Part shown: piece by piece, positions 58,234 to 64,000 of the stretch
Layout of the letters: the number at the start of each line of letters is the position of its first letter
Numbering within the stretch: position 1 is the first letter of the stretch
NCBI GenBank assembly: GCA_031411295.1
Contig: JANOAV010000037.1
Coordinates: 63,976 to 127,975 of the forward strand
DNA from: Verrucomicrobiales bacterium
Lineage (GTDB): Bacteria; Verrucomicrobiota; Verrucomicrobiia; Verrucomicrobiales; V1-33
Length of the DNA stretch: 64,000 nt
Direction of reading: 5' to 3'
The notes under the pieces: model-generated
Seen by the model: the letters and a program-made list of their open reading frames with translations, nothing else
Told to the model about the DNA's origin: nothing
Databases searched by the model: none
Program-made: the position numbers and the translations under genes

Positions 58234-59619
58234 ATGCGCTTCCTTCCTCCAATCTGTTTCACCGCGGTTCTATCCACGTTGCCCGCTTCTGCGGCCAAGG
58301 TTTACTATGTGAACCAACCGGAAGGAACCCCGGGCATAGGCGCTCCTGGCGTGATTCAAGTAGTCAATCCTGATGGCACGGGACATGCCGCGCACTATAC
58401 GGCACCTACAGTTACGGACTTGCGCGGCATCGCGATCGATTCGGAAAATAACCGACTTTTCTTTGCCTACTGCGAACTTGCCGGCGGGGTCAGTCCGACC
58501 CAGGTTTCCCTGCGGACTATGCCTTTGGTGATTCCCGGCGGCGGAGCCAGTCCCGCCACGATCTTGTCGCAGCCGGATGGGGCGGCGGGCAGTGCCGCCA
58601 ATCCGATTACTGATGTGGAATATGATCGCACCCAGCAGCAGGTGTATTTTTCCCAGCCATCGAGCAAGCTGCTCCGACGCTGCGATCCTACGGGCGCAAA
58701 CCTCACCAACGTGTTAACGCATCCTGGCTCCGGCACCGCTCCGCGTGACTTGGGGCCGTATTTCTTCGGCTTGGATTTGGTCAATCGCAACGTTTACTGG
58801 GCGGTGCTGACGACCTCCGGTGATACGCTCACGCCTTACAGCAAGGGCTCGTTGGCGGGTGTCGTGGACACGAGTTTCTCCCTAACAACGCCCTCCCGCA
58901 CGCGGGACATTGCGGTGGATCCGAATGATCCTGCCGGGCCCCGGCTCTATTGGAATGATCGTCAGAATGGAGCCGTTTACACCCGGTTAGCATCTGGCGG
59001 AAGCGTGACCACGGTCGTCAGCGGACTGAATGCACCCCATGGTCTGGCGCTGGATCTGCTGGCGCGGAAAGGATACGTCTCGGACACCGGAAAGCGTGGT
59101 TCGGGAACGCAGGCTAGTTCACATCGGGTGGTGAGATTTAGTTTTGATGGCAGCACGCCCATCGAGTTCCTTTCGCCTGTCAGCACCACCGCCGAGCCTT
59201 GGGATGTGGCGCTGGATCTTGCTTCCACGTCATTTGCTGATTGGAAACGTCGCTTCTTCGCGCAGGGGGCCGCCAACACCGGACTCAATGATGATCCCGA
59301 TGGCGATGGGCTGACGAACATTGGGGAGTATGCCTTCTTCTGCAGTCCGATTCAAGCAGATGCCTTCAAAGCGAGTCAAATCATCGAGGTGAGGCCAGGT
59401 TCCACTCGCGTGGCCCTGCCGCGGCAAACGGACCTTAACATCCGCGTGGAAACCTCCGTTGATCTCACCACATGGCACTGGAATGGCGACGCCAGCGGCT
59501 TGACCTACTTGAATTTCTCCAGCCCGCAGCCAAGGGACGAGGACAGTCAGTGGCTCACCGTGACCCCTGCCATCGCGAATCAGACCCGGTTGTTCCTTCG
59601 CGTAACGGTGCAACCGTAA
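58234..59619 (+). CDS. secreted YWTD-like beta-propeller protein with conserved C-terminal module
   Basis: RGIAID..NNRLFF, RNVYW, RLYWND, PHGLALD..GYVSD; DDPDGDGLTNIGEYAF...SVDLTTW...LFLRV. Confidence 0.78.
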   Translation: MRFLPPICFTAVLSTLPASAAKVYYVNQPEGTPGIGAPGVIQVVNPDGTGHAAHYTAPTVTDLRGIAIDSENNRLFFAYCELAGGVSPTQVSLRTMPLVIPGGGASPATILSQPDGAAGSAANPITDVEYDRTQQQVYFSQPSSKLLRRCDPTGANLTNVLTHPGSGTAPRDLGPYFFGLDLVNRNVYWAVLTTSGDTLTPYSKGSLAGVVDTSFSLTTPSRTRDIAVDPNDPAGPRLYWNDRQNGAVYTRLASGGSVTTVVSGLNAPHGLALDLLARKGYVSDTGKRGSGTQASSHRVVRFSFDGSTPIEFLSPVSTTAEPWDVALDLASTSFADWKRRFFAQGAANTGLNDDPDGDGLTNIGEYAFFCSPIQADAFKASQIIEVRPGSTRVALPRQTDLNIRVETSVDLTTWHWNGDASGLTYLNFSSPQPRDEDSQWLTVTPAIANQTRLFLRVTVQP

Positions 59620-59740
59620 GGCCGCAGAATCGGGACTGCCAATGTCGGCATCGAAAGAAACGATGCGAGATCTTCCGGCGGTGTGGTATCAATCGAGGGT
59701 CTGACCGAACCACGTCCAGCTCCATTTAACTTCACCATCT

Positions 59741-60952
59741 ATGCAAGCAGTAGTCATCGATAAACCCTACACCTTCATCGCTCCCCGCCTCAGCCGACTC
59801 TGGCTCTGGGTGGCACGGCGGATTCTCCCCCGGCAACTGCGCAAGGATTACGGGGTTACCCACGTCGAATGCGTCGGGGCGGAGAAACTGCAAGCCTCGC
59901 TCGCGGCGGGACACGGCGTGATGCTAGTAGGGAATCACTCCCGCCCCTGTGATCCAATGATTTTGGATACCCTGGCCCAAGTGGTGAACCGCCCCTTCAG
60001 CACCATCGCTAGTTGGCACGTCTTCATGACCAGCAAGCTACAGCGCTTCCTCCTGCCCCGCATCGGCGGTTTTAGCGTTTATCGGGAGGGGATGGATCGG
60101 GAATCACTCAAGTGCGCCATTAAAACCGTGGCCGATGGAAAATCACCGTTAGTCATCTTTGCCGAAGGCATCATCACGCGATGCAACGACCGCCTGGTGA
60201 ACTTCATGGAAGGCCCCTCCTTCATGGCTCGGGCCGCGGCCAAGCAACGCCCGGAAGGCAAAGTGGTCATCCATCCCGTCTTCATCCGCTATTTCTTCGA
60301 AGGCGATCTAACGAAGAGTGTGCTGCCGGTCATCGAGGAAATTGAGCTGCGCTTATCCTGGCAGCCCCAGGTGCAATTGCCCCTGCGAGAGCGCATCAAG
60401 AAAGCCGGGGCAGCGCTCTTAGCGTTGAAGGAACTGGAGTATCTGGGGGCAGTTCAGTCGGGATCATTTAACGAGCGTCTGCATCGGCTGATTGATCGTT
60501 TGCTCACACCGCTGGAAGACCAATGGGCTGCCAGCCGACACGATGGCGATACGATGGCCCGCGTGAAACGTCTGCGCTCCGCCATTCTTCCTGACATGGT
60601 GTCGGGAGAGTTGGCCGAAGTGGATCGAGCCCTGCGCTGGCGTCATCTGGCGGACGTTTATTTGGTCCAGCAACTGCATTGCTATCCAGGCGACTACATC
60701 GAAACGCCTACGCCAGAGCGCTTGCTGGAGACCGTGGAGCGCTACGATGAGGATCTCACGGACATCGCCCGCGCGCATCCGCCCATACGCGCCATCATTA
60801 CCGTGGGGGATGCGATCGAAGTTAGTGCTACGCGGGATCGCTCCCAGGAAAATGACCCCATCACACTGCAAGTTCGCCAACAAATGGAAGCGCTGCTGGA
60901 ATCCTCGAAAGCGCTGCGTAAAATTCAACCCACTGGACTGGAAAATTTATGA
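59741..60952 (+). CDS. PlsC-family acyltransferase with C-terminal extension
   Basis: GNHSRPCDP (HX4D), GGFSVYREG, IFAEG. Confidence 0.88.
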   Translation: MQAVVIDKPYTFIAPRLSRLWLWVARRILPRQLRKDYGVTHVECVGAEKLQASLAAGHGVMLVGNHSRPCDPMILDTLAQVVNRPFSTIASWHVFMTSKLQRFLLPRIGGFSVYREGMDRESLKCAIKTVADGKSPLVIFAEGIITRCNDRLVNFMEGPSFMARAAAKQRPEGKVVIHPVFIRYFFEGDLTKSVLPVIEEIELRLSWQPQVQLPLRERIKKAGAALLALKELEYLGAVQSGSFNERLHRLIDRLLTPLEDQWAASRHDGDTMARVKRLRSAILPDMVSGELAEVDRALRWRHLADVYLVQQLHCYPGDYIETPTPERLLETVERYDEDLTDIARAHPPIRAIITVGDAIEVSATRDRSQENDPITLQVRQQMEALLESSKALRKIQPTGLENL

Positions 60953-61578
60953 ACCCCATCCTCTTACGTGTGCTCGTGATCGTCGTGGCGCTGGTGATCT
61001 GGTTTTGGACGCAAAAGTTAATCGCCCGCAAAGCCCCGGAGCCAGATGGCATAGGCGATGCCGTGCACCGCTGGACCGCCGGATGGCATCGGTATTTCCT
61101 AACGCACGAGTCAGCAGCGAATCGGGCGTTGGCACTGAGTTCTCTGGGGATTGATGTGCTGGGCTTGTCGCTGATCGCAGCCGCCATCTTCGGACCCACC
61201 TTCGCTCCGTTTCTCGCCATTCTCCTAGTGTTCAGTTTGCGTCAAATTTGCCAACTCTGTTGCACTCTCCCTCCCCCACCCGGAATGATCTGGCGGGATC
61301 CTGGTTATCCCACGGCGCTTGTCACCTATGGTGTTAGTAACGATTTTTTCTTTTCCGGCCATACGGCATTGGCGGTCCTGGGAGCCATCGAAATTTGCCA
61401 ACTTGCCCCGTGGTATTTGGGTGCAGCGGCGGTGGTCCTAGCAGTGGCGGAGGCGCTGATCGTGCTGGTGCTGCGGGCGCATTACACGCTGGATGTGATC
61501 ACGGGCGCCCTGGCCGCCTGCGTGGCCGCGAGTTTGGCTGGACACTGGGCTCCGTGGGTGGATGCTTGGTTGCGTTAG
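60949..61578 (+). CDS. PAP2_C / sphingomyelin-synthase-like membrane phosphotransferase
   Basis: Multi-TM protein; R..C..CCTLPPP, NDFFFSGHT, HYTLDV; ATGA overlap with the acyltransferase. Confidence 0.8.
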   Translation: MNPILLRVLVIVVALVIWFWTQKLIARKAPEPDGIGDAVHRWTAGWHRYFLTHESAANRALALSSLGIDVLGLSLIAAAIFGPTFAPFLAILLVFSLRQICQLCCTLPPPPGMIWRDPGYPTALVTYGVSNDFFFSGHTALAVLGAIEICQLAPWYLGAAAVVLAVAEALIVLVLRAHYTLDVITGALAACVAASLAGHWAPWVDAWLR

Positions 61579-61645
61579 GTGCCCTTTTCGGGTTGAAACT
61601 CCGCCCAGCGCCAGTATGGGAGAACGCTCCCACCTACCCTCCCCC

Positions 61646-62119
61646 ATGTCAGACCCTGATTCCTCGCGCGAATGGATTCGCTATAAACACGCCCGCTTCA
61701 CGGCTCGGTTTCCCGCCGACTTCCGCTATTCCCGCAGCCACTACTGGATGGCTCCCGTGGCGGAGGAACCAGGACTATGGCGCGTGGGGTTCACGAAGTT
61801 TGCCACCCGCATGCTTGGCGAATTGGTGGATTTCACTTTTGAAGTGCCCGTAGGCGGTCCCGTCGCTCCCGGTCAGCAAATCGGCTACGTGGAGGGCTTC
61901 AAAGCCGCCAGCGATGTCTTCTGCGTCATGTCCGGAAATTTTGCCGGGATGAATCCGGCCCTCAAGGCCGATGCCTGCATCGTCCGCACGGATCCCTACC
62001 TCGTTGGTTGGCTTTACAGCGTGCGGGGAGAACCTGAAGCGGAATCGCTGGACGTGCACGAATACATCGCCATGCTGAACGAAACTATTACTCGCATGGC
62101 CGAGCAAGAACACGCCTAA
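61646..62119 (+). CDS. glycine cleavage H-like lipoyl carrier
   Basis: RYSRSHYW, RVGFTKFATRMLGELV, VEGFKAASDV (lipoyl Lys), DPYLVGWLY; start 61616 or 61646. Confidence 0.85.
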   Translation: MSDPDSSREWIRYKHARFTARFPADFRYSRSHYWMAPVAEEPGLWRVGFTKFATRMLGELVDFTFEVPVGGPVAPGQQIGYVEGFKAASDVFCVMSGNFAGMNPALKADACIVRTDPYLVGWLYSVRGEPEAESLDVHEYIAMLNETITRMAEQEHA

Positions 62120-62128
62120 CTACAATTC

Positions 62129-62839
62129 ATGAAAACCACCCTGCTGCGCGCTGATCAACTTCTTTCCCGCTTCGGCTACTGCAGCCGCCGGGAAGCTCCC
62201 TCGTGGGTTAAGCGCGGACGCGTCTCGCAAGCCGGGGTGCAGATTCTCGACCCCACCAAACGCATCGATCCCAGCCAGGCCACCGTCGATGGCGCGGCCG
62301 TAGAGTTTCCCCATGGCGTGCTGGTGGCCTTTCATAAGCCTGCTGGTTATGTCTGCACCCATGAGGAAGGGGAGAACGAAACCATCTACAGCCTGCTGCC
62401 GAACAGTTTCATCGGTCGGATCCCTGAAGTCACCAGCGTGGGTCGATTGGATAAGGACACCACCGGTCTGCTCCTGCTAACCGACGATGGAACCATCGTC
62501 CATCGCTGGACGTCGCCCAAGAAACACGTGCCGAAAGTTTACGAAGTGGAAACGGACGAACGCATCCCGCCAACCGCCGTCGAATTATTTGCCAGTGGCA
62601 CCCTAGTCCTGCGCAGTGAAACGGATGCCTGTCTGCCAGCCGAATTGGAAATCACCGGCCCCCGCTCCGCCCGGATCACGCTCGTGGAAGGCCGCTATCA
62701 TCAGGTCAAACGCATGTTCGCCAGCCAAGGCTGCTCCGTCGTCAAATTGCATCGCTCCAAAATCGGCCATCTGGAGCTGGGCGATCTAGCGGAAGGACAA
62801 TGGCGCACGATTACGGCGGCGGAGGTGGACGGAAGTTAG
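62129..62839 (+). CDS. RsuA family pseudouridine synthase
   Basis: S4 domain, HKPAGYVC, VGRLDKDTTGLLLLTDDG, EGRYHQVKRM. Confidence 0.92.
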   Translation: MKTTLLRADQLLSRFGYCSRREAPSWVKRGRVSQAGVQILDPTKRIDPSQATVDGAAVEFPHGVLVAFHKPAGYVCTHEEGENETIYSLLPNSFIGRIPEVTSVGRLDKDTTGLLLLTDDGTIVHRWTSPKKHVPKVYEVETDERIPPTAVELFASGTLVLRSETDACLPAELEITGPRSARITLVEGRYHQVKRMFASQGCSVVKLHRSKIGHLELGDLAEGQWRTITAAEVDGS

Positions 62840-62842
62840 TCT

Positions 62843-63493
62843 ATGAGCGCCCCGGCCCCGCAGAATCCCTTCAAAGCCGTTGTCATCGGTTGGTTGGCAG
62901 CGCAAATCATCCGTCTCGTCTCCCTAACGCTGCGGTATGAAATTCAAGATCCGCACGGTGTTAGAAAAATCAGTCCAGACCAACGCCTGATCTGGATCTT
63001 CTGGCACAATCGCATCTTCTGCCAGCCCATTATTTATCGTAAATACCTCAAGCATCGACGCATCAGCGTGCTCACCAGTGCCAGCAAAGATGGCGCCATC
63101 ATCGCGCAGACCGTGCGTCGCTTCGGCCTGGGCGCAGTGCGTGGTTCCAGTTCCAAGCGGGCCGCCAAAGCAGGGGCTGAACTAGTCGCCTGCCTGCAGG
63201 GCGGCAGTGACATCGGCATCACTCCAGACGGTCCCCGCGGCCCCTGTTACAAACTCGCCATCGGCCCCGTCCGACTGGCCGACATGACCCGGAGCCCCAT
63301 CGTGTCCATCAACGTCAACTACACGAAATGCTGGCAACTGCGCTCGTGGGACCGATTCCGCATCCCCAAACCATTCAGCAAAGTGCACGTCTCCTTCGGT
63401 GCTCCCACCCACGCCACCATCGAATCTGAAGATGCCGAGCCAGTCCGCCAAGCGATCGAAAGTTATCTCATGACCGAAACCAAAGACACGTAG
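62843..63493 (+). CDS. DUF374 / lysophospholipid acyltransferase family protein
   Basis: FWHNRI, SASKDG, VRGSSSK, ITPDGPRGP, SWDRFRIPKPFS. Confidence 0.9.
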   Translation: MSAPAPQNPFKAVVIGWLAAQIIRLVSLTLRYEIQDPHGVRKISPDQRLIWIFWHNRIFCQPIIYRKYLKHRRISVLTSASKDGAIIAQTVRRFGLGAVRGSSSKRAAKAGAELVACLQGGSDIGITPDGPRGPCYKLAIGPVRLADMTRSPIVSINVNYTKCWQLRSWDRFRIPKPFSKVHVSFGAPTHATIESEDAEPVRQAIESYLMTETKDT

Positions 63494-63555
63494 CTCGGCA
63501 TCCCCATGCCGGGAGGAACACGCAAGGCAGGGCCATCCCGACCAGAGATCGAAGG

Positions 63556-63604
63556 CTCAGACATCCTGACCTGCGGGGAAACAGGATAAGCTAAATCTGA
63601 GGCT
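63556..63604 (+). repeat. degenerate inverted repeat; copy 2 of the ctcagacatcctg family
   Basis: ctcagacatcctgacctgc followed by the partial complement caggat...tctgagg. Confidence 0.55.
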
Positions 63605-63636
63605 GAACGCTCACGGAAAATTTCTTTTCCGAGCCA

Positions 63637-63711
63637 ATTGCCGGAAAAGAACACAAATAGCGCAAAAACACCCATCGAATTTTTGCGTTCCTTCCGATCT
63701 TTTGCGGCAAT
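63637..63711. repeat. inverted-repeat element (ccgcaaaagaacgca family)
   Basis: attgccggaaaagaacacaaatagcgcaaaaa ... tttttgcgttccttccgatcttttgcggcaat. Confidence 0.75.
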
Positions 63712-63884
63712 GGGGTTGTAATCAGCAAAAAGCAAGTATGCGGGGTCAGGAAAATTGGGAACATGAGTTGGTGTCCCGCGCTTTCGGCGGAGGAACAGGT
63801 AGAGCCGTTTTGCTGCGTGAGCTTGGAGTGATGCACCGCTTAAAAGTGGAACTCCAGCGGGATGTTCCACGAGGCCAGACTGCC

Positions 63885-64000
63885 TCACTTTTTCTTGGCA
63901 GGATCACCCTTGGCGGCGGAGGCCATCAGGTTCTCGGCTTCCTTGAGCTGGGCTGGAGTCAGTTGCGCTTTGACCGCCTGCTTGCGGGCCACCGCTTCAT
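63885..64000 (-). CDS. 3' end of a CDS, possibly a Sel1-repeat protein
   Basis: ...EAVARKQAVKAQLTPAQLKEAENLMASAAKGDPAKKK*. Confidence 0.55.
   Translation of the reverse strand, partial: EAVARKQAVKAQLTPAQLKEAENLMASAAKGDPAKKK

Noticed and set aside
57786..58373. 195-aa ORF
   Set aside because: It is a translation of the nested repeat element and overlaps the real gene at 58234.
1..64000. CRISPR array, tRNA/rRNA, prophage, integron or DGR
   Set aside because: No regularly spaced direct repeats, RNA-gene signatures, integrase, reverse transcriptase or phage genes were recognised by eye; short RNAs could have been missed.

Overview
Ordinary chromosomal segment of a GC-rich bacterium, most likely Verrucomicrobiota (PVC). 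Lineage cues are the DUF1549/DUF1553 cytochrome proteins plus DUF1501, PEP-CTERM proteins, an LTD-CotH protein, an LpxL-WaaF fusion and a PUR-like protein. About 48 CDSs mix housekeeping genes (holA, sbcDC, aroE, rpsU, RsuA, beta-CASP nuclease, RsbU/STAS) with many large secreted proteins. No rRNA, tRNA, CRISPR array or prophage was recognised. Points of note: (1) four secreted proteins with unrelated cargo share a C-terminal module (DxD.DG..N..E[YF] ... S.DL..W ... F[YFL][RQ][VL]), a candidate sorting domain, and two adjacent carriers form a secreted phosphatase plus CotH kinase pair; (2) a RAYT-type HUH transposase and at least five unrelated REP/REPIN-like families, one with compensatory base changes; (3) a PlsC plus sphingomyelin-synthase-like gene pair; (4) an inverse autotransporter with a beta-helix passenger; (5) small proteins missed by the ORF track, including a 36-aa lipoprotein with its own terminator; (6) a frameshifted Rpn/DUF4351 remnant; (7) recurring leaderless promoter geometry. 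All family calls come from motif recognition by eye, with no database search, and start codons are best estimates.
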